Part shown: one piece after another, positions 51,762 to 59,860 of the stretch
Position numbering within the stretch: position 1 is the stretch's first letter
Layout of the letters: each line of letters opens with the position of its first letter
Origin: a bacterium
Lineage (GTDB): Bacteria; J088; JAWLBW01
NCBI GenBank assembly: GCA_041690355.1
Contig: JAWLHK010000023.1
Span: 1 to 64,000 of the forward strand
Reading direction: 5' to 3'
Length of the DNA stretch: 64,000 nucleotides
Notes under the pieces: model-generated
What the model saw: the letters and a program-made list of their open reading frames with translations, nothing else
What the model was told of the DNA's origin: nothing
Database searches by the model: none
Program-made: the position numbers and the translations under genes

Positions 51762-52157
51762 TTACGCCGGGGTTCCCTGCGCGACCGGGAGGTGCTTGCG
51801 GATCGTCCTGAAGAAGTGATCGATGTCGATCGGCTTCGTGATGTAGTCGTCGGCGCCGCAGGCCATCCCCGCGCGGATGTCTTCTTCGCGCGTGCGCACC
51901 GAGACGAAGATGATCGGGATGCGCCGATAGTCGGGGTGGGCTTTGACCGCTTTGCAGAGCTCGAAACCGTCGACCCAGGGAAGCTCGATATCGAGCAGAA
52001 TGAGGTCGGGCTTCTCGATACGGATGTTCGAAATGAGCTTGATGCCGTTGGCCGCCGTGAAGACCTGAAAACCATCGCTTTCGAGCGTGGCCTTGAGAAA
52101 GTCACGGACGTCAGGATTGTCCTCGACGAGCAGTATTTTCGGTGCGGCGGCTGACAT
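51762..52157 (-). CDS. Single-domain response regulator
   Basis: ILLVEDN, LILLDIELP (phospho-Asp), DDYITKP. Confidence 0.92.
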   Translation of the reverse strand: MSAAAPKILLVEDNPDVRDFLKATLESDGFQVFTAANGIKLISNIRIEKPDLILLDIELPWVDGFELCKAVKAHPDYRRIPIIFVSVRTREEDIRAGMACGADDYITKPIDIDHFFRTIRKHLPVAQGTPA

Positions 52158-52231
52158 GGGGTTTGCGGCGGAAATTAAACATAGACGACCGCCGCGCGGT
52201 TTGTCAAACGCAGGACCCGGAAATCTGCGGC

Positions 52232-52261
52232 TTGACGCTCTTTCGAGCGCCCCGGTATGAT
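52232..52261 (+). promoter_or_regulatory. Putative sigma70 promoter
   Basis: TTGACG-18 bp-TATGAT just before ATG 52270. Confidence 0.45.
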
Positions 52262-52269
52262 CTGGAGAC

Positions 52270-52677
52270 ATGCCTGCCGCACCCCGCCTGTTTACCCTGG
52301 ATGAAGCCAACGCGCTCGTCCCGCAGCTGGAACAACTGATCCAGCGCATGCAGCTGCATTACCTCAAGCTCCAGAGCATTCTCGGCCCCGCGGCCGACAA
52401 CCCCGACGAGCTGGCCCGCCGTCTGCAGGACTACCCGGAGCTGCGCTCGCTGCTCGACGACATCGAGCGCTGCGTGAAGACGATCCAGGAGACCGGTGCG
52501 GAATTCAAGGGGGTCGAGCTGGGCCTCGTCGACTTCCGTGCCGTCATCGACGGGCAGGTCGGCTACCTGTGCTGGCAGTTCGGCGAGAAGGAGATCCGCT
52601 GGTGGCACACGCTCGAGGGGGGCTTCGGCGGACGGCGGCCGCTTCCCGGCGCACCGGAGCGCACGGCGCTCAATTAG
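52270..52677 (+). CDS. DUF2203 family protein
   Basis: FTLDEANALVP, GLVDF, YLCWQFGE, WWHTLEGGFGGRRPL. Confidence 0.85.
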   Translation: MPAAPRLFTLDEANALVPQLEQLIQRMQLHYLKLQSILGPAADNPDELARRLQDYPELRSLLDDIERCVKTIQETGAEFKGVELGLVDFRAVIDGQVGYLCWQFGEKEIRWWHTLEGGFGGRRPLPGAPERTALN

Positions 52678-52695
52678 CACCCTCGACACCCTCGC

Positions 52696-52730
52696 GGAGG
52701 GGGGGAGTGGGGGAGCGGGAGAGGGGGGGG
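52696..52730 (+). repeat. G-box copy 2
   Basis: GGAGGGGG GGAGTGGG GGAGCGGG AGAGGGGG GGG. Confidence 0.9.
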
Positions 52731-52758
52731 CCACAAGGGACCCCAGTGAACCCACGGA

Positions 52759-52951
52759 AGCGCCAAGCGCCGAGCACCGAGCACCAACGAAGCAAGCGCA
52801 GCCCCAATTCTCGCCTTTCTCCGGAAACTCGACCCTCGTCACTCGTAACTCGTCACTCGGAAGCGCCGAGCACCAAGTACCAAGCGCCAACCGACAAGTA
52901 CGATGGGACCCACGCCCTTGTCGGAAACTCGTCACTCGTAACTCGTGACTC
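52759..52951 (+). repeat. Alternating heptamer arrays AGCRCCR x4 / ACTCGTM x4-5, twice
   Basis: 52759-52786 and 52862-52889 (AGCGCCA/AGCACCG type); 52827-52859 and 52927-52951 (ACTCGTC/ACTCGTA type). Confidence 0.9.
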
Positions 52952-53012
52952 ATTTGTCGGGGGGAAAGCGTGCGTGTTACGATTCCCCTTCCCCTCTTCC
53001 GGAGACCTCCCG

Positions 53013-53711
53013 ATGCGCACGTTCGCTCTCGGCGCCCTCGTCCTGATGGCCGCCCTCTTCCTTTCCGCTGCCGAAGCGCAGGCGGCCGGCAAGCACTCGA
53101 AAATCCTCGACTACGTGAAGCCGCCGTTCGCGCAGCCGATCACCGTGTCGGCCGGCGAAGCGCAGCACGTGCTCGCCCAGCTCAAATACGCCGACCGCGC
53201 GAAACTCGCGAAGGAGGGTTTCGTGGTCGCGAACTCGCTGAGTTCCGGAGACGAAATCAAGGGAATCATCACGGCCTACATCATCGTGAAGAAGCCGAAG
53301 CAGGCCGTCTGGGATCTGCTGCGCAAGCCGTCGCTGCAGCATCTCTACCTGCCGCGCCTCGAGAAGTCGAAGACCGTGAACAAGGGAGAAAACCGGGAGC
53401 TCGGCTGGTTCCAGATCAAGGTCTCGTTCGTGACCATCGAGAACCAGGTCGAACACCGCTGGTGGCCCGAAATTTCGCGCATGGCCTGGGCGCTCGACCC
53501 CGACTACGACAACGACCTGAAGCAGCAGGACGGCTATTACAACCTGTACGCGCTCGACGAGAACACGACGCTCATGGAGCTGGGGACGGCGCTGGAAACG
53601 AGCGCGCTGGTGCCCGGGTTCGTCCAGGAGTATCTGACGAAGAAGGATCTGCCCGAGGTCATCGCGGCCGTCAAGATGTACATGGAGTCGGACGGCACAT
53701 ATCGAAAGTGA
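53013..53711 (+). CDS. Secreted SRPBCC/START-like protein
   Basis: Signal peptide, AVWDLL...YLPRLEKS, WALDPDYDNDL...GYYNL pattern. Confidence 0.65.
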   Translation: MRTFALGALVLMAALFLSAAEAQAAGKHSKILDYVKPPFAQPITVSAGEAQHVLAQLKYADRAKLAKEGFVVANSLSSGDEIKGIITAYIIVKKPKQAVWDLLRKPSLQHLYLPRLEKSKTVNKGENRELGWFQIKVSFVTIENQVEHRWWPEISRMAWALDPDYDNDLKQQDGYYNLYALDENTTLMELGTALETSALVPGFVQEYLTKKDLPEVIAAVKMYMESDGTYRK

Positions 53712-53759
53712 GTTCCTGGTCCCGACTGTCGTGCATGCGCTTGCAGAACCGCGCCGCTC

Positions 53760-53790
53760 ATTGACGATTTACAATTGACGATTGACGATT
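53760..53790 (+). repeat. Heptamer array ATTGACG x4
   Basis: ATTGACG ATTTACA ATTGACG ATTGACG ATT. Confidence 0.88.
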
Positions 53791-53835
53791 CGGCGGAAAG
53801 GACTCCGGAACCAATGTTCGCTCCGAGAGTTCTTG

Positions 53836-53868
53836 CTGCTCAGGAATTAAGAATCAGGAATCAGGAAT
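53836..53868 (+). repeat. 33-bp TCAGGAA-heptamer box, copy 1
   Basis: CTGC TCAGGAA TTAAGAA TCAGGAA TCAGGAA T; identical to 54903-54935. Confidence 0.92.
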
Positions 53869-53886
53869 GCGCGGCGCCGCCTCGCA

Positions 53887-54747
53887 TTACGCGAAGAAGC
53901 CGCGCCGCCGCGCTTCCTCGGGCAGCTGATCGATGTCGAAATCCGCAAAGGCCGCCTGAGCCTGCGTGTTGAAGCCGATCGCCGACAGCTCCGGCGTAAT
54001 CCAGGTCATCCCCTTGATCGTCTGCCCCGCGAGGAACTTGCCGATTCCGCGCGCGCGCTCCGAGAGCACGAGCCGGTTGAAGGCCACGTGCCCCATCTCG
54101 TCCACAAGGATCTCCATCATCCGCTGCTCGAGCGCCTCGCGCAGCGCAGGCTCGGTCACCATCTCGCGAATCCGGCCGAGCATCCAGTTGAACAGGAACA
54201 CGCCCGCGACTTCCGATCCGTAGAGGATCGGGTGGAAGAGCGGCTTGGGCGCCCGGGCCATCGCATGGATCAGCCCCTTGAGGGCCAGTGATGGCTTGTA
54301 TTCTCCCTTCACGTCGAGCGCGAAGTGGTGCGCAGCGCCTTTGAGGATGCGCGTGTGGTATTCCTCTTCTTCCTGCGCAAAGGAGATCACCTTCGTGCGC
54401 AGATCGTTCACCCCGCGGTTGCGCTGCTCCTGCGCCGCCTTCACGACGCGCACGCCGTAGGCCTCGCCGTCGTTCATGCGGCAGAGCACGACGAGCAGGA
54501 GCATTTCGGGGGTCAGGGCTGAATCCGACGGATCCCACTTCGTCAGCAGCCGATCGAAATCGGCCTGCGACAGCCGCCCCTCGTAGCGCACCGGCGAGGC
54601 GTTCATGGCGCTCAGGCTCGCTTCGCGGTTCGGCAACGTGCCGGTGGCCGGATCGAGTAATCCGTTGCGCTCATTGAGGTAGGCGATGTAGGCGCTGAGC
54701 GACTGCTCGCGCTGCTGGTCGTCGACAGGTCCGTAGAAGCTTGACAT
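53887..54747 (-). CDS. Ferritin-like diiron protein
   Basis: E...EEEYH and E...DEMGH paired carboxylate/His motifs in a helical protein. Confidence 0.65.
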   Translation of the reverse strand: MSSFYGPVDDQQREQSLSAYIAYLNERNGLLDPATGTLPNREASLSAMNASPVRYEGRLSQADFDRLLTKWDPSDSALTPEMLLLVVLCRMNDGEAYGVRVVKAAQEQRNRGVNDLRTKVISFAQEEEEYHTRILKGAAHHFALDVKGEYKPSLALKGLIHAMARAPKPLFHPILYGSEVAGVFLFNWMLGRIREMVTEPALREALEQRMMEILVDEMGHVAFNRLVLSERARGIGKFLAGQTIKGMTWITPELSAIGFNTQAQAAFADFDIDQLPEEARRRGFFA

Positions 54748-54808
54748 GCCTCAAGTTTACCATCTAGCAAACTGAAGTGAAGACGGATTTGCGACCGTGG
54801 TGCAGTCC

Positions 54809-54842
54809 GGAGGGGGGGAGTGGGGGAGGGGGAGAGGGGGGG
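54809..54842 (+). repeat. G-box copy 3
   Basis: GGAGGGGG GGAGTGGG GGAGGGGG AGAGGGGG GG, followed by ATCCGGCAAGGGC. Confidence 0.9.
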
Positions 54843-54902
54843 ATCCGGCAAGGGCGAGGGCGGCAATGAGCTTGCCGGTCAGCGCTTGGTGCTATGCCCT
54901 GC

Positions 54903-54935
54903 CTGCTCAGGAATTAAGAATCAGGAATCAGGAAT
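54903..54935 (+). repeat. 33-bp TCAGGAA-heptamer box, copy 2
   Basis: Identical to 53836-53868. Confidence 0.92.
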
Positions 54936-54947
54936 CCGCGTGCGCGC

Positions 54948-55994
54948 TCAGAAGCGCGCACGCATGCGCTCGAGGGCGCCGAACGCGTCCTGCACCCGGT
55001 GCGCGTGGCCGTCGCGGTCGACAATCGTGCCGCTGTAGCGACCAAAGAACTGCTCGTAGTCCATGGCGACCAGTCCGTAGTTCCGCTTCTCGGCTTTCGA
55101 GCCTTCGGGCGTGAACGTGACGCGCACCCGGCCCGATGGATCCTCGACGCGGTAGGCGCCGCGGGTCGTGGGATCAGGGCGGAACTCGGGGGCGGCGATG
55201 TACTCAAGCTTTCCATCCACCCAGATGGCGTCTTCGCCCGGTTCCCCCTTCGGCGTCATCTGGTCGACGAAATTCGCCATGAGCTGGCGCCCTTCGTCCG
55301 TGTACATCGCGAAGCTCCCCCAGTGCCACCGGGAGCGATAGGGGTAGAACGTTTTCTGCTCGTCGAGATTCCCCAGGTCGCGCGCGGGGTCGAACTGGTA
55401 GCGGCGGCCGCCGATGAGAATGTGCCCGGCGATCCGCAGCGGTGATTTGTGGGTGTAGGTGTGATGCCCGGGGTGGATGGGGAGGCTGACCACGAGCGGT
55501 TCCACCGTCGCCAGATCCTGTTCGAGCACGAGGCTGACCTGGAGCCCCGGCCGGTTCTCCCGTTCTGCGCACTCGATCTGAATCGTATGCCGGCCGCCGG
55601 CCTCCAGCTCGTGCGTGAAGCGCATGGCGTCGCGCCCCTGGCGCACACGCGTCTCGCTGTTCCACAGGGTATCGGGGATGACCGCGCGCGTCGGCAGGTC
55701 GACGACGAGCCACTCGTGCTTTTCCTTCCGGTTCCGATCGTAGAGGTAGACGGCGCCCGAGGCCGCGTAGCCCGCGTGCTGAATCAGGATGCCGCCGTAG
55801 AGGTCGGCGTGCGTGATGCCGAAGCCGACCCACTCCTTGAGCCGCAGGCGCCGCCGCAGCTTCCCCAGCCGGCCGGGCCCGCCGAGCAGGGGCGCCTCGA
55901 GCATCTTCACGGTCCGGAAGGGGAGCGTGAAGAAGCCGGTGTTCACGGCTCCGTCGGTGACGAGGGCGTCGGGGGGAACTTGAAGTGTTAGCAT
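54948..55994 (-). CDS. DUF2804 family protein
   Basis: RLKEWVGF, YTHK, YRSRWHW, AIWVDG, DYEQFFGRYSG, ERMRARF. Confidence 0.78.
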   Translation of the reverse strand: MLTLQVPPDALVTDGAVNTGFFTLPFRTVKMLEAPLLGGPGRLGKLRRRLRLKEWVGFGITHADLYGGILIQHAGYAASGAVYLYDRNRKEKHEWLVVDLPTRAVIPDTLWNSETRVRQGRDAMRFTHELEAGGRHTIQIECAERENRPGLQVSLVLEQDLATVEPLVVSLPIHPGHHTYTHKSPLRIAGHILIGGRRYQFDPARDLGNLDEQKTFYPYRSRWHWGSFAMYTDEGRQLMANFVDQMTPKGEPGEDAIWVDGKLEYIAAPEFRPDPTTRGAYRVEDPSGRVRVTFTPEGSKAEKRNYGLVAMDYEQFFGRYSGTIVDRDGHAHRVQDAFGALERMRARF

Positions 55995-56036
55995 TGCGCA
56001 CAGGATAGCACTGTGCGGGACAGACGTCGACCGGAT

Positions 56037-56070
56037 GGAGAGGGGGAGTGGGGGAGGGGGAGAGGGGGGG
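56037..56070 (+). repeat. G-box copy 4
   Basis: GGAGAGGG GGAGTGGG GGAGGGGG AGAGGGGG GG, followed by ATTTCGGCAAGGGC. Confidence 0.9.
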
Positions 56071-56135
56071 ATTTCGGCAAGGGCAAAAATATCCCGGTGA
56101 TGCTTTTTGCTTTACTTATGGTCATCCGCTGATCT

Positions 56136-56531
56136 ATGGTCGTGCAAATGAAAACACGGATTCTGTCACACCGGGAACTGCGCGTCTACCAACAGGCATT
56201 CCGGCTCGCCATGGAAGTCGCCGAGTTCACGCGCAAGTTTCCTCCGGACGAGCGGTTCCGGATGGTCGACCAGGCGCTGCGGTGCTCCAAGAGCGTCTGC
56301 GCGCAGCTTGGCGAGGCCTGGCGCAAACGGCGCTACCGTGCCGCGTTCGTTGCAAAGCTTTCCGACGCCGAAGGCGAAGCCGCCGAAACCCAGGTCTGGG
56401 CCGAATTCGCCGTCGCCCACCGCTACCTGACCGCCGAGGAAGGGCGTTATCTGGAAGAGGAATACGAGCAGGTCATCCGCCAGATTGTCGCCATGATCGA
56501 ACGAGCCGACGACTGGATTCTCCCTCCCTGA
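56136..56531 (+). CDS. Four helix bundle protein (23S rRNA IVS-protein family, structurally related to DGR Avd)
   Basis: HRELRVYQQAF, FPPDERFRMVDQ, SVCAQLGEAWRKRRY, FVAKLSDAEGEAAETQVW; start may be 56148. Confidence 0.9.
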   Translation: MVVQMKTRILSHRELRVYQQAFRLAMEVAEFTRKFPPDERFRMVDQALRCSKSVCAQLGEAWRKRRYRAAFVAKLSDAEGEAAETQVWAEFAVAHRYLTAEEGRYLEEEYEQVIRQIVAMIERADDWILPP

Positions 56532-56546
56532 CGGCATTGGCTCGGC

Positions 56547-56617
56547 TCTTGCCCGTTCTTGCCCGGTTCTTGTCCGTCCTTGCCGGTCCGGTCCTTGTTG
56601 GACCGGTTCTTGTTGGT
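56547..56617 (+). repeat. Degenerate ~10-mer tandem repeats (CTTGCCCGTT type)
   Basis: CTTGCCCGTT CTTGCCCGGTT CTTGTCCGTC CTTGCCGGTC ... CTTGTTGG twice. Confidence 0.7.
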
Positions 56618-56618
56618 T

Positions 56619-56653
56619 CCCCCCCCTCTCCCCCTCCCCCACTCCCCCCCTCC
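56619..56653 (-). repeat. G-box copy 5 (inverted)
   Basis: Plus strand CCCCCCCCTCTCCCCCTCCCCCACTCCCCCCCTCC, the reverse complement of the G-box. Confidence 0.9.
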
Positions 56654-56677
56654 GCGTGGGCCCCCCGCTCGGCACCC

Positions 56678-56706
56678 TTGAGTCAAAAGTGCAATGTTGC
56701 TATACT
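56678..56706 (+). promoter_or_regulatory. sigma70 promoter of tRNA-Phe
   Basis: TTGAGT-17 bp-TATACT with extended -10 TG. Confidence 0.75.
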
Positions 56707-56725
56707 ATTCGTTTCTCTCCGACCC

Positions 56726-56801
56726 GCCCAGGTAGCTCAGTCGGTAGAGCAAGGGACTGAAAATCCCTGTGTCGGGTGTTCGATTCACCCCCTGGGCACC
56801 A
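56726..56801 (+). tRNA. tRNA-Phe (GAA)
   Basis: 76 nt cloverleaf: GCCCAGG/CCTGGGC acceptor stem, D-arm AGCTCAGTCGGTAGAGC, anticodon loop CTGAAAA, TTCGATT T-loop, encoded CCA. Confidence 0.97.
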
Positions 56802-56809
56802 TTCATATC

Positions 56810-56842
56810 AAGGACTTAGGCTAACGCCTGGGTCCTTTTTTT
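56810..56842 (+). terminator. Rho-independent terminator after tRNA-Phe
   Basis: AAGGACTTAGGC-TAAC-GCCTGGGTCCTT hairpin plus T run. Confidence 0.8.
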
Positions 56843-56972
56843 GTCTTATCCGTTCATGCACCTGAGCATCGAGCGGAGAATAACGTCGTAATCTCCGCAC
56901 ATCTTGCGGAGCACTGGAGTTGACCCTGCGGAGATTACACGCCATAATGTCCGCAGACTTTGCGGATAAAAA

Positions 56973-58094
56973 ATGCCTGCCTACATCCATGAGCGCCGCG
57001 GCTGGCCCAATTTCACCTGGGACGCCGCTACCATTGCCCCCTTGCTTGCTGCCGTACGCTACAAGCAGGGGCGGCTGCTCGGCCGTATGGAGGGGCTTGG
57101 ATTTGACTACGCCGCAGAGGCCGAGCTGCAGGCCCTGACCACGGAGATCGTCACTTCGAGCGCCATCGAGGGAGAGAATCTGGACGCAGGCCAGGTGCGC
57201 TCGTCTTTAGCCCGGCGCCTCGGAATCGACATGGGCGGCCTCGCAGCCATCGACCGGGACGTGGAGGGCATCGTCGAGATGATGCTCGACGCAACCCGGA
57301 ACGCCGGAGCCCGGATGAGCCGGAAGCGGCTGTTCGACTGGCACGCGTCACTCTTTCCCACCGGACATAGCGGGCTGCGTAGAATCCGCGTGGGCGCCTG
57401 GCGAACCGAAGCGTCAGGCCCCATGCAGGTGGTGTCAGGGCCAGTCGGACGCGAGCGGGTGCATTTTGAAGCGCCTCGAGCTGCAAACGTCCCCGTCGAG
57501 ATGTCATCCTTCCTGCGCTGGTATGACGCCCCGGAAAAGAATGACCTGGTACTGAAGGCCGGGGTTGCCCACCTCTGGTTCGTGACCATTCACCCGTTCG
57601 AAGATGGGAACGGACGTATCGCCCGGGCGCTGACCGATCTTCTGCTCTCGCGATCCGAGGGGGGCGCCAGGCGCTTCTACAGCATGTCGTCGCAGATTCG
57701 GAAGGAGCGCGCCGCCTACTATGACATTCTGGAAAGGACCCAGAAAGGCGGTCTTGATATTACGCCATGGCTTGCATGGTTTCTCGGCTGTCTTGAACGC
57801 GCCATCGCCGGCGCCGAGACGGTCGTGGGTGATGTACTCCACAAGGCCGAGTTCTGGAAACGGCACGAGCGCACGCCGTTCAACGGTCGACAGCGCCAGA
57901 TGCTCGTGCGCCTGCTCGACGGCTTCGAGGGGAAGCTCACGTCGAGCAAGTGGGCCCAACTGTGCAAGTGCTCGCAGGATACGGCGTCGCGCGACATCGA
58001 CGACTTGATGGAGAAGAGCGTGCTCAAGAAGGACCCCGGCGGCGGGCGGAGCACGAGTTACTCCCTCGAACCGTTCCCGGCAGCGCAGAAGTAG
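56973..58094 (+). CDS. Fic family protein with DUF4172 N-terminus
   Basis: YIHERRGWPNFTWD start, SSAIEGE, canonical HPFEDGNGRIAR, C-terminal HTH GGGRSTSY. Confidence 0.92.
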   Translation: MPAYIHERRGWPNFTWDAATIAPLLAAVRYKQGRLLGRMEGLGFDYAAEAELQALTTEIVTSSAIEGENLDAGQVRSSLARRLGIDMGGLAAIDRDVEGIVEMMLDATRNAGARMSRKRLFDWHASLFPTGHSGLRRIRVGAWRTEASGPMQVVSGPVGRERVHFEAPRAANVPVEMSSFLRWYDAPEKNDLVLKAGVAHLWFVTIHPFEDGNGRIARALTDLLLSRSEGGARRFYSMSSQIRKERAAYYDILERTQKGGLDITPWLAWFLGCLERAIAGAETVVGDVLHKAEFWKRHERTPFNGRQRQMLVRLLDGFEGKLTSSKWAQLCKCSQDTASRDIDDLMEKSVLKKDPGGGRSTSYSLEPFPAAQK

Positions 58095-58416
58095 GAATGA
58101 ACGCGATTCGCCCCTCGGACGCTTGCCTGCCAGGCGACTGCGGATGCAATCCCCGATCTGTACTACGTTTCGAATGGATTGAGAGAAGGGAGTTAAGCGA
58201 GCGTTGAGGGCAGTTTGGGGAACGCGGGCCCGAACGAGCATTCCAATGGCCTGCTATTACTGCGGGACGACCCGCCTTCTGAAAAAGCTCCCGCCTGCAG
58301 CCACAAACGCTACGGATGGCCCGGTTTCACCCGCCACGCCAGTCTTGCAACCCGCCATCGGCTTGCGCTAAGGTGACGCATCCCAAGCAGCGTGACCGGG
58401 AAGGAAGGAACGGTTT

Positions 58417-59628
58417 ATGAAGCGGACCGCGCTTGAACGATGGGGCCGTGTGACCGCTGCGGCGGCGATTCTGGCGTGCCTGAACGCCTGTGCGTCGAAC
58501 CCGGATCCCGACGCGCCGCGCGCACCGATCGACGCCGGGTCCGCGCCAGACTGGATCTCCGTGTCCCCATCGGCCGTGGGGCTCGACGCCGCCGCACTCG
58601 AGGCCGCGAGGGCTTACGGGTTTCAGGCTGAATTCTACACGCAGGCCATCCTGGTCGTGCGTCACGGCTACCTGGCCGCCGAGTGGTATGCCGAAGACTC
58701 GGATCGCGATGCGCTGGCCGCCAGCTGGTCGATCGGAAAGAGCTTCACCGCGACGCTCATCGGCATGGCGATCGAAGAGGGCAAAATCGAAGCGGTCGAC
58801 ACGCCGATGACCACGTTCATCCCCGCGTGGATTGACGCCGACCGCGCAGCGATCACCTTGAAAGACGTCCTGGCCATGTCGTCGGGTCTCGACTGGGTCG
58901 AGGACTACGAGCAGCTCAACGGCGACGCGGGCGTGTCCGACATCATGCTGATGGTCCTCGAGGACGACCCCCTGCGCGTCGCCCTCGAGCAGCCGGTGCG
59001 CCACCCGGCGGGCGAGGTGTGGAACTATTCGAGCGGCGACACCATGCTGCTGGGGCACGTGCTGCGCCAGGCCACGGGCAAGACGGCGGCCGATCTCGTC
59101 GAAGAAAAGCTCGCGCGGCCGATGAACTTCCGCAACCTGCGCTGGTGGCGTGACGCCCAGGGCGACACGTATACGTTCTGCTGTGTCGACGCCACCGCGC
59201 GCGACTTCGCCAAATTCGGGCAGCTTTACCTGCAGCGCGGCGTGTGGGGCGGCGAGCAGCTGGTGCCCGCGGCCTGGATCGACGAGGCCACGAGCCCGCA
59301 GGCGCGCGCGAATCCGGGTTACGGCTACCAGTGGTGGCTGAACCACCCCGACGCGGAAGATGGCAACTGGCCGTCAATACCCTCGAGCACCTACTTTGCG
59401 CTGGGGCACAACGGTCAGTACATCGCCGTCTTTCCCGAGCTCGACATGGTGGTCGTCCGGCTCGGGCAATACATCGTGCCCGAGACCACCGATTGGGTGG
59501 CCAGAGACGGGCTGTTCGCCGCCGGCGTCTTCTCGGACAAGCTCGGTCCGACGGGCACGCGGGGACCCGAAGGCGAGTGGAACGAGGATCACTTCTTCGG
59601 GCTGGTCGCTTCAGCCGTGTTGAAGTAG
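58417..59628 (+). CDS. Serine hydrolase, beta-lactamase class C-like lipoprotein
   Basis: Lipobox LNAC, SIGK (SxxK), YSS, LGHNGQ. Confidence 0.88.
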   Translation: MKRTALERWGRVTAAAAILACLNACASNPDPDAPRAPIDAGSAPDWISVSPSAVGLDAAALEAARAYGFQAEFYTQAILVVRHGYLAAEWYAEDSDRDALAASWSIGKSFTATLIGMAIEEGKIEAVDTPMTTFIPAWIDADRAAITLKDVLAMSSGLDWVEDYEQLNGDAGVSDIMLMVLEDDPLRVALEQPVRHPAGEVWNYSSGDTMLLGHVLRQATGKTAADLVEEKLARPMNFRNLRWWRDAQGDTYTFCCVDATARDFAKFGQLYLQRGVWGGEQLVPAAWIDEATSPQARANPGYGYQWWLNHPDAEDGNWPSIPSSTYFALGHNGQYIAVFPELDMVVVRLGQYIVPETTDWVARDGLFAAGVFSDKLGPTGTRGPEGEWNEDHFFGLVASAVLK

Positions 59629-59860
59629 CGACCGGCGGGATTTCAATCGCCGGCAGCGCGGGAGGCGTGCACCGGGAGCCGAACTACTCCGTCCAGCAGG
59701 GGCGCCGCGCGGTACTCCGCATTCTCGAGCCGCATCCTGAATGGCCCCCCTTACTTCCACCACGAAGAAGGAGAGAGGGCGCATACACCCCATGCACCGC
59801 TGACCCGGCCATCGAACCCTGCTAGGATGGGCTCATCCAGACTTCCCCCGAGGAGACCCC

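Noticed and set aside
52755-52951. CRISPR array
   Set aside because: Only two units, repeats internally periodic and non-identical, no cas genes or leader
52204-53012. ORFs through the repeat region (249 aa minus, 150 aa plus, extension of the 380-aa ORF)
   Set aside because: Translations of tandem repeats (e.g. LVTRNS, STEHQ); not credible proteins
53836-56084. Classical integron cassette array
   Set aside because: No IntI; the repeats lack attC RYYYAAC/GTTRRRY ends and palindromic structure
56136-56531. Diversity-generating retroelement or rRNA intervening sequence
   Set aside because: No reverse transcriptase, no TR/VR pair with adenine-specific mismatches, and no rRNA gene in the window
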